Of a DNA stretch of 64,000 nucleotides, positions 1 to 13,682 are shown one piece after another (positions within the stretch are counted from its first letter, which is position 1; each line of letters starts with the position of its first letter). The position numbers and the translations under genes were made by a program. This stretch comes from an uncultured Actinomycetota bacterium (GTDB lineage: Bacteria > Actinomycetota > Actinomycetes > Propionibacteriales > Nocardioidaceae): positions 2,772,603-2,836,602 of the forward strand of contig CAVPQC010000005.1 in the NCBI GenBank assembly GCA_963707475.1, in the 5' to 3' direction. Below the pieces are notes generated by a model. That model worked only from the letters and a program-made list of their open reading frames with translations. It ran no database searches and was not told the origin of the DNA.

Positions 1-1723
1 GCACCGCCGACCACCGGTCGGCCGGTGCGGTTCCTGTGGTGGATGGCGAAGGGCCAGGCACGCACCCTGCTGGGCGGGATGATCGTTCGGCATCGTCTGG
101 ATGTGCTGCTCGGCGGTGATGCCGGCGGTGATCGGCAAGGCGATCGACGCAGGGAATCGCCGCACGTGACCCGCCCGCGCTGGTCGAGCTGGGCCGGCCG
201 TGCTGCTCGGCATCGGCATCTGGTCGGCGCGGCGGCCGGCATCATCCGGCACCGGTTCGCGGTCACCAACTGGCTGACCGCGGCGTACCGCACCGTCCAG
301 CTGGTGGCCCGCCACGCCACCCACCTCGGCGCGACGCTGTCGAAGAAGGTGGCCACCGGCGAGGTGGTCGCGATCGGCACCAACGACCTCGCCCACATGG
401 GCAACCTGATGGACGTGAGCGCGCGCGCGGCCGGCGCGCTCGTCTCGTTCGTGGTCGTCGCGGTGATCCTGCTGCAGACCTCGTCCACGCTCGGCCTGGT
501 CGTGCTGGTCGGCGTGCCCCTGCTGCTGCTCGCGATCGGGCCGATGCTGCGGCCGCTGCAGCGGCGCAACATGCGAGCAGCGCGAGATGATGGGCCAGCT
601 CGCCAACCTCGCCACCGACATCGTCGGCGGTCTGCGGGTGCTGCGCGGGATCGGCGGCGAGCGGGTCTTCCACGAGCGCTACGCCGCGGAGTCGCAGAAG
701 GTCCGCCGGGCCGGCGTCGCGGGTGGCCCGGCTGCAGTCCGTGCTCGACGCGCTGCAGGTGCTGCTGCCCGGCATCTTCGTGGTGATCGTGGTCTGGATC
801 GGCGCGCGGTTCGCGGTGCGAGGGCCGGATCACGCCCGGCGAGCTGGTCGCGTTCTACGGCTACGCGGCGTTCCTGATGATGCCGCTGCGCACCGCGACC
901 GAGTTCGCCAACAAGGCGATCCGCGCGGTCGTGTCGCGCACGGCGCGGATCGTCCGGGTGCTCGCGCTGGAGCCGGAGATCGACGACCCCGCGACCGAGG
1001 TGGTCCCGCCCGGACCCGAGCGCGGTGCTGCTCGACGTCGCGACCGGCGTCCGCGATCCGTCGCCGGGCTCGCTCACCGCGATCGTCACCGAGCCGCCCG
1101 AGCAGGCCGCCGAGATCGCCGACCGGCTGGGCCGGTTCCGCGACGGCGACGTGCGCTGGGGCGACGTCGCCCTCGCGGACCTGCCGCGACGCCTGGTCCG
1201 CGAGCGGATCGTGGTCTCCGACACCGGCGCGATGCTGTTCTCCGGCCGGCTGGCCGACGCAGGTCGACATCCGCGGTCGCGGCGCCGAGCCGCGTCGCCG
1301 AAGCGATGCACACTGCGTCGGCGTACGACGTGCTCGAGGCGCTGCCGGACGGGTTCGAGACCGAGGTGACCGAGAAGGGCCGCTCGTTCTCCGGCGGCCA
1401 GCGGCAGCGGCTGGTGCTCGCGCGCGCCCTGGCCGCCGACCCCGAGGTGCTGGTGCTGGTCGAGCCGACCTCGGCCGTCGACGCGCACACCGAGGCCCGG
1501 ATCGCCGAGCGGCTGCGGGGCGCCCGTGCCGGGCGCACCACCGTGGTCACCACCTCGAGCCCGCTGATGCTCGACCGGGTCGACGTCGGTCTGCTTCGTG
1601 CTCGACGGGCGGCTCGTCGCCGAGGGCACGCACCAGCGACCTGCTGACCGACGTCGCCGGCGTACCGCGCCGTCGTCACCCGCGAGGTCGACGCCGAGGA
1701 TCCGAGGGAGCGCGTCACGATGA
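1..1723 (+). CDS. ABC exporter subunit 1 (TMD+NBD fusion), 5' partial, frameshifted
   Basis: TM segments plus signature FSGGQRQRLVLARAL and LVEPTSAVD spread over several frames; ATGA overlap with next gene. Confidence 0.85.
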
Positions 1724-3477
1724 GCGACGATGCTGCCCGTCGCCGACGGCACGCAGGTGCGGCGCTACGTGCGCGGCCTGTTCCGCCGGCACCCGCGGGC
1801 GATCGGCCACGATGCTGACCCTGCACCTGCTGGCCGCGGTCGCCGGGCTGGCCGGCCCCCGGCTGCTCGGCGACCTCGTCGCAGGCGGTCGACACGGGCA
1901 CCACGGTCGGCCACGTCGACAAGGTGGTCGCTGGTGCTCGTCGGTGTTCCTGCTGCGTGCAGACGGTGCTCACCCGGCAGGCACGGTTCCTGCTCCTCCA
2001 GCCTCGGCGAGCAGGTGCTGGCCGAGCTGCGCGAGGACTTCGTCGAGCAACTCGCTCGCGCTCCCGGTCGGCGTGGTCGAGAGCGCCGGCTCCGGCGACC
2101 TGCTGACCCGCACCTCGCGCGACGTCGAGCAGCTCGGCTGGTCGGTGCGCTGCGCGCTGCCCGAGTGGATGATCGCGCTGATCACCACGGTCGTGACCCT
2201 CGTCGGCGCGGCCCTGGTCGGCTGGTGGGTGCTGCTGCCGTGCGCTGCTCGGCGTGCCGCTGCTGGTGATCGGGCTGCGCTGGTACCTCGCGCCGCGCCA
2301 AGGCCGGCTACCTGCGCGAGAGCGCGTCGTACTCGGTGATCAACGCCTCGCTCACCGAGACCGTCGAGGGCGCGCGCACCGTGGAGGCGCTCGGGCTCGG
2401 GCCGGCAGCGGCGTCGACCGGATCGACGGCGACATCGCCGAGTCCTACGCCGCGGAGCGCTACACGCTCGGCCTGCGCACCCGGTTCTTCCCGACCGTCG
2501 AGGTCGCCTACCTGATCCCGACGGTGGCCACGCTGCTGTTCGGCGGCTGGCTCTACCTGCGCGGGCGAGGTCATCGCTGGGCGACGTGACCGCGGCGACG
2601 CTCTACGTGCAGGCGCTGGTCGACCCGCTCGACCGGGTGGTCTCGATCCTCGACGAGCTCCAGGTCGGCGGCGCCTCGCTGGCCCGGCTGCTCGGCGTCG
2701 CCGAGGTGCCCGACGACCGCATCGTGACCGGCGCGCAGCCGCTCGACGAGCAGATCGAGGCCGAGCGACGTGCGGTTCGCGTACGTCGACGGCCGCGACG
2801 TGCTGCACGGCGTCGACCTCGACGTCGGGGTCGGCGAGCGGATCGCCATGGTCGGGCCGTCCGGCGCCGGCAAGTCGACCCTGGGCCGGCTGCTGGCCGG
2901 CATCCACCCGCCGCGCACCGGCTCGGTGACCGTCGGCGGGGTCGGTCTCACCGAGCTGCCGCTGACCGACCTGCGCGGCCACGTCGCGCTGGTCACCCAG
3001 GAGCACCACGTGTTCGTCGGCACGCTGCGCGACAACCTCGCGCTGGCGACCGACGAGCACGGTGACCGACGACGACCTGCTCGACGCGCTCGACGTCGGT
3101 CGACGCCCGCGACTGGGTGCTGGCGCTGCCCGACGGTCTGGACACCGTGGTCGGCGCCGGCGGCCGCGAGCTCACGCCGGCCGCAGGCCCAGCAGGTCGC
3201 GCTGGCCCGGCTGGTGCTCGCCGACCCGCACACGCTGGTGCTCGACGAGGCGACGTCGCTGATCGACCCGCGCGCCGCCCGGCACCTCGAGCGCTCGCTG
3301 GCCGCCGTGCTGCACGGCCGCACCGTGATCGCGATCGCGCACCGGCTGTTCTCCGCGCACGACGCCGACCGGGTGGCCGTGGTCGAGGACGGCCGGATCA
3401 CCGAGTTCGGCTCCCACGACGAGCTGGTCGAGGCGGGCGGGTCGTACGCCGACCTGTGGGCGTCGTGGCATCGGTAG
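1720..3477 (+). CDS. ABC exporter subunit 2 (TMD+NBD fusion), frameshifted
   Basis: Walker A GPSGAGKST, Walker B LVLDEATS, IAHRL switch. Confidence 0.88.
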
Positions 3478-3494
3478 GTGGGTGGCGGGCGGGA

Positions 3495-3646
3495 GAATTC
3501 CCAAGGTATCTAGGTTTTCTGGCGCATCCAGGGGATGTACGCCGCTGGAAGCGCACGTTCTCCTTGGGAGGTCAGAAGAGATTGGGAAGTGGGATGTCCG
3601 CTTGCGCCCCCGATGCCCGACAAGTTCCTAGATACCTTGGGAATTC
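3495..3646. repeat. 152-bp MITE/REP-like element with perfect 20-bp terminal inverted repeats
   Basis: GAATTCCCAAGGTATCTAGG (3495-3514) and CCTAGATACCTTGGGAATTC (3627-3646); related copy at 59821-59900. Confidence 0.85.
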
Positions 3647-3659
3647 AACCGACCGTCCC

Positions 3660-4330
3660 TCACTCATGCACCCCCGAGATCGCCACCCCCGACCGCGTCT
3701 TGTACGCCTTGTTGATCGAGATCAGCACGGCGGTCAGCGGCTCGAGCTGGCGCGCCATCCGCAGCCGGCCGGCCTTCACGCCCGGGCGCCCGGTGACGGT
3801 CGAGGCGAGGTCGACGACCAGGTCGACCGCGTCGGCGTCGTCGCCGCAGACCAGCACGTCCTCGTGGACAGGTACTCCTCGTCGCCCCACAGCGACACCG
3901 CGGAGACGTGGTGGAACGCGCCGGTCACGCGCGCGGTCGGGCACCAGCGCGGCGGCCGACTCGGCGGCGCGACCGGTCGACGTCGAGGCCGTAGGGGCCC
4001 TGCTTGTCGAAGCCGAGCGGGTTCACGCAGCTGACCACGACCTTGCCGGCCAGCCCGTCCGCGAGCGCGGCCACGAGGTCGTCGTGCCCGTCGTACGGCA
4101 CCGCGAGGAGGACGACGTCCGCACCCGCGAGCGTGTCCTCGTTGGCGGCGCCGGTCACCGACGCCGGTGACCCCGCGCCCGGCGATCTCCGCGGCCGCCT
4201 CGGCGGCCCGGTCGGCCGAGCGCGAGCCGATCACGACGTCGTGCCCGTGCTTCGCGAACCGGTAGGCCAGGCCCTTGCCCTGCGGTCCGGTGCCGCCGAC
4301 GACGGCGATCGTGTGACGTTGCGCTCCCAC
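3660..4330 (-). CDS. npdG: NADPH-dependent F420 reductase, frameshifted
   Basis: [54 protein letters not shown]. Confidence 0.88.
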
Positions 4331-4367
4331 GGGCGCTCCCTTCGGGTCGGGCCTGTCCGACGCGACC

Positions 4368-4386
4368 CTGACAGTATTACTGTCAG
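4368..4386. promoter_or_regulatory. Palindromic operator candidate in divergent npdG/LLM intergenic region
   Basis: Perfect inverted repeat CTGACAGTA-T-TACTGTCAG. Confidence 0.6.
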
Positions 4387-4433
4387 CGTATTGCCACGGC
4401 CCGCTCCGCCCACGACGGCTCGAAGGACTCCCG

Positions 4434-5467
4434 ATGAAGCTCTCCCAGATGCTGATGTACTCCGGCAACCCGCGCGAGGCCGCCGACCAGGTCGTCGGCG
4501 CTCGAGAAGGCCGGCCTGGACACGGTCTGGGTGGCCGAGGCCTACGGCTTCGACTCCCCCACGCTGATGGGCTACCTCGCCGCGAAGACCGACACCATCG
4601 AGATCGGCGCCGCGATCCTCAACGTCTACTCGCGCACGCCCGGCGCGCTCGCCCAGACCGCGGCCGGCCTCGACAACGTCTCCGGCGGCCGCGCGATCCT
4701 CGGCCTCGGCGCCTCCGGCCCGCAGGTGATCGAGGGCTGGCACGGCCTGCCCTACGACAAGCCGCTGACCCGCACCCGGAGGTCATCGACGTGGTCCGGA
4801 TGGCGCTGCGCCGCGAGCGGCTCGAGTACGACGGGAAGACGGTCACGCTCCCGCTCCCCGCCGACCAGGGCATCGGCCTCGGCAAGCCGCTGAAGATGCT
4901 GACCAAGCCCGAGCGCTCCTCGATCCCGATCTACGTCGCCGCGCTCGGCGCCAAGAGCGTCGAGAGCACCGCCGCGAGTCGCCGACGGCTGGCTGCCGTT
5001 CCTGTTCGTGCCCGAGCTGCACGACAAGGTCTGGGGCGACGCGCTGCGGGCCGGCGCCGCCAAGCGCAGCAGCGACCTCGGCGCCGCTCGAGATCTCCGC
5101 CGGCGGCATGGTCGCCGTCGGCGAGGACGTGAAGGGGCTGCTCGACTTCGCCCGCCCGATGGTCGCGCTGTACGTCGGCGGCATGGGCGCCCGCGGCAAG
5201 AACTTCTACTTCGACCTCGCCTGCCAGTACGGCTTCGAGGAGGCGGCCACCAAGATCCAGGATCTCTACCTCGGCGGCAACAAGCGCGACGCCGAGGCGG
5301 AGGTGCCGATGGAGCTGCTCGAGCTCGGCAACCTGGTCGGCCCGGAGTCCTACGTCAAGGAGCGGATCGCCGCCTTCCGCGAGGCCGGCGTGACCAACCT
5401 GCAGGTGATCCCGGTCGCCGACGACGCCCCCGCCCTGGTCAGCAAGGTCAAGGAGTGGGTGTCCTGA
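4434..5467 (+). CDS. LLM-class F420-dependent oxidoreductase, frameshifted
   Basis: [42 protein letters not shown]. Confidence 0.88.
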
Positions 5468-5474
5468 CCCCCGC

Positions 5475-5497
5475 GGTGGTCGAGCCTGTCGAGACCC
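5475..5497. repeat. REP unit (GGTGGTCGAGCCTGTCGAGACC family)
   Basis: Same core as units at 6918-6939 and 58010-58031. Confidence 0.8.
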
Positions 5498-5513
5498 GCA
5501 TAGCCTGATCCCG

Positions 5514-8122
<2,609 letters not shown>

Positions 8123-8723
8123 CGGTCCAGCGACCAGCTCCGGCGGAGGACGAGCAGCTCGAACATCTCCGGGGAGGACACCGCGAACAGCACGTCCGAC
8201 GCCCCGGCAAGGTCGACACCGGGACGCAGGTGCCCGGCGTCGGCGAGGTGGCGAGCGTTGTCGGTCATCCGCTCGAGGCGCGCGCGCTCCATCTCGTCGT
8301 ACAGGCGTCGCATGGCGGGGTCGCCGACCGCAGCGTCCCGGACCAGCAGCAGCACCGGGACCACGCGCGGTGCCACCTCGGTGGCGAGCCGAGCCCAACC
8401 GAGGACCAGCGCCCGCGGATCCTCCTGTTGCCGGAGTGCGTCCGAGCGCAGCTCCGCCGGCACCGGCCCGGCACCTTCGAGGGCCCTCTGCCAGAGGGCC
8501 CGGACCAGGCCGGACTTTCCGCCGAACCTCTTGTAGACGGTCTCCGCCGACACCCCCGCTGCCTCCGCGAGCGCGGCCACGGTCGTGGTCGCGTAGCCGT
8601 GCGTCGCGAACAGCGTCCCGGCCGCCAGGAGCACGCGCTCGCGTCGCGCCCGCGCCGCGGCGCGTCGGCCGGACGCGTCGTACCGCCGAGGCTTGACCGG
8701 GACCTCCACAGGGCGCACACTCC

Positions 8724-8749
8724 TTTCAGGACAGTTAACTGTATCGAAA
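8724..8749. promoter_or_regulatory. TetR operator candidate
   Basis: TTTC-N3-ACAGTTAACTGT-N3-GAAA palindrome between divergent tetR and snoaL-like genes. Confidence 0.65.
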
Positions 8750-8760
8750 GAGGTGGCCCG

Positions 8761-9189
8761 ATGGCGACAGCCGCGGCGGACGGAGCGGACCTGGTCACGC
8801 GGCTGCTCGATGCCACCAACGCCCACGACCTGGAGCGCCTCGTGGACTGCTTCACCGAGAGCTACGTCAACCACACGCCGTCACATCCGGCGCGTGGCTT
8901 CACCGGGCGTGACCAGGTGCGCCGCAACTGGACCCAGATCTTCGCGGCGGTGCCCGACCTGGCCGCCCGCGTGCTGGGGACGGCGCCCTCCCCCGACGGG
9001 ATCTGGACCGAATGGGAGATGTCGGGCCGACGCAAAGACGGGGCCGACCACCTGATGCGTGGCGTGATCATCTTCGAGATCGACACGCAGCAGCACCGGG
9101 CGCGTGCTGCCCGGTTCTACCTCGAGCCCGTCGACCACGACCAGCTGGACGCCGACACCGCGGTCCGGGAGATCGTGGCCGGGCCATGA
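8761..9189 (+). CDS. SnoaL-like/NTF2 family protein
   Basis: [18 protein letters not shown]...[19 protein letters not shown]; RBS GAGG. Confidence 0.85.
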   Translation: MATAAADGADLVTRLLDATNAHDLERLVDCFTESYVNHTPSHPARGFTGRDQVRRNWTQIFAAVPDLAARVLGTAPSPDGIWTEWEMSGRRKDGADHLMRGVIIFEIDTQQHRARAARFYLEPVDHDQLDADTAVREIVAGP

Positions 9190-10070
9190 TCCTGGTCGCC
9201 GGCGGCACGGGTCGTCTCGGTTCCAGCGTCGCCAACCGCCTGAGCCGGCGCGGCCTGCAGGTCCGGGCACTGAGCCGGGGAACCGTCGCACCCGATGCGC
9301 TCGATCCCGAGGTCGAGGTGCTGGTCGGGGACGTACGGGACGCGGCATCCATCCGCGACGCTGTCTCCGGGGCAGCGACGGTGGTCTCGGCGGTCCAGGG
9401 GTTCGTCGGCCGGGGTGGGGTGACACCGGAGAACGTCGACCGCGACGGCAACGCCCACCTGGTCGACGCGGCCGAGCGCGCAGGCTGCGACGTGGTGCTG
9501 GTGTCCGTGTTGCGTGCCGGGTCCGACGGCCCGATGGAGCTGACCCGGATGAAGTACGCCGCTGAGCAGCGACTCCGGGCCAGCACCTGCCCCTGGACCG
9601 TCGTACGGCCGGAGGCCTTCGCGCAGACCTGGATCGAGATCCTGCGGCAGACCGCCGGCCGGTCCCGTCGCCCCCTCGTGTTCGGCACCGGCGCCAACCC
9701 GATCGCCTGGGTGGACGTCGAGGACGTGGCCGCACTGGTGGAGCGCAGCGTCCTCGACGCGGCGCTGCGCGGGCGGGTGCTCGAGATCGCCGGGCCGGAG
9801 CACCTGGGTCTGGACGCGCTCGCCCGCGCACTGATGGCACACGAACGCTGGCCTGGCTCACCTCGACACGTGCCGCGGAGCGCCCTGCACCTGGCCGCCT
9901 GGACGCTGGGGCGCGCTCGGCCCGGCTTCGGCCGCCAGGTCCGCACCGCACTGGCGATGGACACCATGGACCCGGTCGACGTGACCACGACCCGAGCCGC
10001 CTTCCCCGACCTGCCGTGCACGGCGGTGTCGACCGTGGTGGGCCGGACATCGCGCGTCGTCAGCGGATAG
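9186..10070 (+). CDS. NmrA-like/SDR NAD(P)-binding protein
   Basis: [12 protein letters not shown]; ATGA coupling to upstream gene. Confidence 0.85.
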   Translation: MILVAGGTGRLGSSVANRLSRRGLQVRALSRGTVAPDALDPEVEVLVGDVRDAASIRDAVSGAATVVSAVQGFVGRGGVTPENVDRDGNAHLVDAAERAGCDVVLVSVLRAGSDGPMELTRMKYAAEQRLRASTCPWTVVRPEAFAQTWIEILRQTAGRSRRPLVFGTGANPIAWVDVEDVAALVERSVLDAALRGRVLEIAGPEHLGLDALARALMAHERWPGSPRHVPRSALHLAAWTLGRARPGFGRQVRTALAMDTMDPVDVTTTRAAFPDLPCTAVSTVVGRTSRVVSG

Positions 10071-10141
10071 AACCTCCCTCAGGACGTTGCGGTTTCAACG
10101 AGATCGGAGTAGAGAAGAATCCACCTACTCGGAGGTGCATC

Positions 10142-11575
10142 ATGGCCACGTCGACGTCCCACCCGGCCGGCAGCAGCTGGCTTCCCTCGTTCCTGCGACG
10201 CGAAGCCACAGTGGCGCCACCGGGGTTCAACCGCTGGCTGATCCCACCGGCCGCGCTCGCCGTACACCTCTGCATCGGTCAGGTCTACGCGACCAGCGTC
10301 TACAAGAACGCGCTGGTCGCGCACTTCGACGCCAGCCTCACCGCGATCGGCCTCATCTTCTCGATCGCGATCGTGATGCTCGGCCTGTCCGCCGCCGTCG
10401 GCGGCACCTGGGTCGACCGCAACGGGCCGCGGGCCGCGATGGTCGCCGCGGCCCTGTTCTGGTCGACCGGCTTCATGGTGGCAGCGCTCGGGATCAGCAG
10501 CGGACAGCTCTGGCTGGTCTACCTCGGCTACGGCGTGATCGGCGGGATCGGGCTCGGGATCGGCTACATCAGCCCGGTGTCGACCCTGATCAAGTGGTTC
10601 CCCGACCGCCCGGGGCTCGCCACCGGCCTGGCGATCATGGGCTTCGGCGGAGGCGCGCTGATCGCCGGCCCGCTCAGCGCCCGGCTGCTGGCCTTCTACG
10701 ACAGCGGGTACGACGCCAGCGACCCGGCGTCGATCGCCAGCGGCTCAGCGGTCGCCTCGCTGTTCGTCACGCTCGGCATCGTCTACCTCGCCTACATGCT
10801 GTTCGGCGCCTTCACCGTTCGGGTGCCGGCCGACGACTGGCAGCCGGACGGCTGGGACCCCTCGCAGGTCAAGCAGAAGAAGATGGTCACCACCGCTAGC
10901 GTCTCCGCCAGCAACGCGATCAAGACCCCGCAGTTCTGGCTGCTGTGGGTCGTCCTGTTCTGCAACGTGACCGCGGGCATCGGCATCCTCGAGCAGGCAG
11001 CACCGATGAGCCAGGACTTCTTCCGCGTTGGCGACACCTCCACGGTGAGCGCGGCCGCGGCGGCCGGGTTCGTCGGCCTGCTCTCGCTCGCCAACATGGG
11101 CGGCCGCTTCATCTGGTCCTCGACCTCCGACGTGATCGGGCGCAAGCCGATCTACATGCTCTACCTCGGGGGCGGCATGGTGCTCTACGTCCTGCTCGCC
11201 CTGGTCGGACACACCTCGACCGCGCTGTTCGTGCTGCTGGCGGCGGTGATCCTGTCGTTCTACGGCGGCGGGTTCGCGACGGTCCCGGCGTACCTCCGCG
11301 ACCTGTTCGGCACGTTCGAGGTCGGCGCTATTCACGGCCGGCTGCTGACGGCCTGGTCGGCCGCGGGCGTCGCCGGACCGCTGATCGTGAACAAGTTCCT
11401 GGACGCAGAGGGCGAGCCCGGCAAGCTCACCGCCGCCGACTACCGGCTCGCGCTGCTGACCATGGTGGTGCTGCTCGCCATCGGGTTCGTGTCCAACCTG
11501 CTGATCAAGCCCGTCGCCGAGCGGTTCCACGAGCCCGACGACGCGTCGCTGCCTAAGGAAGGTGTTTCGGCATGA
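10142..11575 (+). CDS. OFA-family MFS transporter (oxalate/formate/lactate type)
   Basis: About 12 TM segments; GYISPVSTLIKWFPDRPGLATG, GAIHGRLLTAWSAAG. Confidence 0.9.
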   Translation: MATSTSHPAGSSWLPSFLRREATVAPPGFNRWLIPPAALAVHLCIGQVYATSVYKNALVAHFDASLTAIGLIFSIAIVMLGLSAAVGGTWVDRNGPRAAMVAAALFWSTGFMVAALGISSGQLWLVYLGYGVIGGIGLGIGYISPVSTLIKWFPDRPGLATGLAIMGFGGGALIAGPLSARLLAFYDSGYDASDPASIASGSAVASLFVTLGIVYLAYMLFGAFTVRVPADDWQPDGWDPSQVKQKKMVTTASVSASNAIKTPQFWLLWVVLFCNVTAGIGILEQAAPMSQDFFRVGDTSTVSAAAAAGFVGLLSLANMGGRFIWSSTSDVIGRKPIYMLYLGGGMVLYVLLALVGHTSTALFVLLAAVILSFYGGGFATVPAYLRDLFGTFEVGAIHGRLLTAWSAAGVAGPLIVNKFLDAEGEPGKLTAADYRLALLTMVVLLAIGFVSNLLIKPVAERFHEPDDASLPKEGVSA

Positions 11576-11673
11576 CTGCACGCCTCGTCGTCGCCTGGCT
11601 GCTGGTGCTGGTGCCGCTGCTCTACGGACTGGTCGAGACCGTCCGCAAAGCAGCGACACTCTTCACCGGCTAG
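11572..11673 (+). CDS. 33-aa small membrane protein coupled to the MFS gene
   Basis: MTARLVVAWLLVLVPLLYGLVETVRKAATLFTG*; ATGA overlap; not in the ORF track. Confidence 0.75.
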   Translation: MTARLVVAWLLVLVPLLYGLVETVRKAATLFTG

Positions 11674-11733
11674 CCCGGAGCACGCTCAACCGCGGCCGCT
11701 GCTGGACCGGGCCCGGGAGGATGTCGCCTCTGC

Positions 11734-12249
11734 GTGAAGTCCGGGGCGCTCCGCGACCCGGAGAACGGTTGGTCGGGCAACGACACGCGGCCGGCGGCGA
11801 CGCGCAACTTCCTGGCCTACTCGCTGCGCCCGCTCGGCACCGACCACGTCGACGTCTACCGCCCGTCTCCGCTGGACACCGCCGTCCCGATCGCGGAGAC
11901 GATCGGGGGCATCGCCGAGCAGGTGGAGAAGGAGCACGTGTACCACATCGGCCTCTCCGAGGTCGGCCCGGAGACGATCCGGCGGGCGGCCGGCTCGGGC
12001 CGATCGCCGAGACCTACAGGCTCTCCGTCGCACAGCTGGCGATCGCCTGGGTCGCCGCCCAGGGCGACGACCTCCTGCTCGTCGTCGGGATGCGCCGCCA
12101 CTCTCGCGTCGAGGAGGCGGTGCAGGCGATCGCGACCACCGTTTGACCCCGACGACCTGGCCGCGATCGATGACCCGGTGCCCGCCGGTGCGGCCGCCGG
12201 GGACTGCCACGCCCCGGCACAGCTCGCCCAGCTCGACAGCGAGTCCTGA
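11734..12249 (+). pseudogene. Aldo/keto reductase remnant
   Basis: FLAYSLRPLGTDHVDVYRP, HIGLSEVGPETIRRA, AQLAIAWV; N-terminus and middle missing. Confidence 0.75.
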
Positions 12250-12281
12250 CCGGGTGCCCTCCGGGTCCACCACGAAGGCAG

Positions 12282-13544
12282 CTAGGTCAGCAGGTGCTCG
12301 TCGAGCCAGTCGTTGGCGAACCTGCCCGAGGGGTCGAAGTGCTCGCGCAGGGCGAGGAACTCGGGGAGTCGGGCGAACCGGCGTCCGGTGTCCGGTCCGT
12401 AGCAGAACACCTTCCCCCAGTGCGGTCGAGGATCGAAGGGTTCGAGCGCGGACTCCACGGCCGCGAGAGCCCGTTCGACCCGCGCCTGGTCACGCACCCA
12501 GGTGAAGTGGAAGGACGCCGTGTCGCGTCCGTACTGGGGACTGAGCCAGAGGGTGTCCGCGGCCACCGTCCGGATCTCCCCCACCAGGAGGACCGGACGC
12601 ACCTGCGCGGAGACGCCGAGCAACGCCAGCGCGGCCTCGCGGACGTGCACGCGCGGCACGTGGTACTCGGACTGGATCTCCTCGCCGTTGCTCGGTCGGA
12701 AGCCCATCCGGAAGTGCGGCAGCCGGTCCTCCCACGGACCGGGCGACCCGAGCTGCGGCGTGCAGTTCACCGGGTCGAGACCGGGAAGGGGGTGCCGCTG
12801 ACCATCGGCCGGGACGGCCCCGGCCAGAGTGGCTGGCCACGACTCCCCGACCCCGATCCGCCGCTTGACCCACACGCTGCCCGCGCGCTCGGCCCACCCG
12901 GTGAAGACGCTCACGCTGTAGCCCGTCGAGGTGATCTCGTCGAAGCCGTCGAGCAGCGCCTCCCACTCGAGACCCTCGTAGACCAGCTGTCCGATCTCGA
13001 AGGCAGGCTCCACGTCCAGCGTGAGACGGGTGACCACCCCGAGGGCCCCCAGGCTCACCACGCAGCCGTCGAACTCCGGCATCCCACGCCACACGGTCAC
13101 GACGTCCCCCGAGGCGGTGATCAGCTCCACGGCGGCGACCGCGGTGGCGAGATTCCCGTTGCCGTCCCCCGAGCCGTGCGTCGCGGTGGCGACCGCACCC
13201 GCGATCGAGATGTGCGGGAGCGAGGCCAGGTTGTGCAACGCCACCCCGTGCGGCCGCAGATGTCCGGCCAGCTCACCGTAGGTGAGCCCGGCACCGCACG
13301 CCACGGTCATGGCCGACCGGTCGACCACGACCTCCGTCGGGAGACTGCCGACGGAGACAGCGCGCTCCCCGTCGGCGAGCGCGTTGAAGGAGTGCCGCGT
13401 GCCGATGACCCGTAACCGACGGTGCGACGCGACGACGGTCCGCAGCTCGTCGAGGGAGCCCGGCGCGAGCGGCTCGCCGAACGCGTACTCGTGGTTGCCC
13501 GCCCAGTTGAGCTGTCGGGAACCCGTGATCGGAGCGCTGGTCAT
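12282..13544 (-). CDS. FAD-dependent alditol/xylitol oxidase (AldO-like)
   Basis: NWAGN, GTRHSFN, NLASLPHISIAGAVATATHGSG, RPHWGK. Confidence 0.88.
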   Translation of the reverse strand: MTSAPITGSRQLNWAGNHEYAFGEPLAPGSLDELRTVVASHRRLRVIGTRHSFNALADGERAVSVGSLPTEVVVDRSAMTVACGAGLTYGELAGHLRPHGVALHNLASLPHISIAGAVATATHGSGDGNGNLATAVAAVELITASGDVVTVWRGMPEFDGCVVSLGALGVVTRLTLDVEPAFEIGQLVYEGLEWEALLDGFDEITSTGYSVSVFTGWAERAGSVWVKRRIGVGESWPATLAGAVPADGQRHPLPGLDPVNCTPQLGSPGPWEDRLPHFRMGFRPSNGEEIQSEYHVPRVHVREAALALLGVSAQVRPVLLVGEIRTVAADTLWLSPQYGRDTASFHFTWVRDQARVERALAAVESALEPFDPRPHWGKVFCYGPDTGRRFARLPEFLALREHFDPSGRFANDWLDEHLLT

Positions 13545-13578
13545 GGGCCTCACCCTCGGTGTGTTGTCGAATCGTTAC

Positions 13579-13624
13579 TGGACGTGACGGCGGTCACTCT
13601 ATATGTTGTTGCGGACAACAATAT
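13579..13624 (+). promoter_or_regulatory. Housekeeping-type promoter with overlapping operator candidate (ROK)
   Basis: TGGACG-N17-TATGTT; inverted repeat TGTTGT-N5-ACAACA at 13604-13620. Confidence 0.45.
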
Positions 13625-13682
13625 GCTTCCGTCCGCCTCCGGGTGCCGGCCGGGTGCACGAGAAGAAACGCAAATGGAGGCG

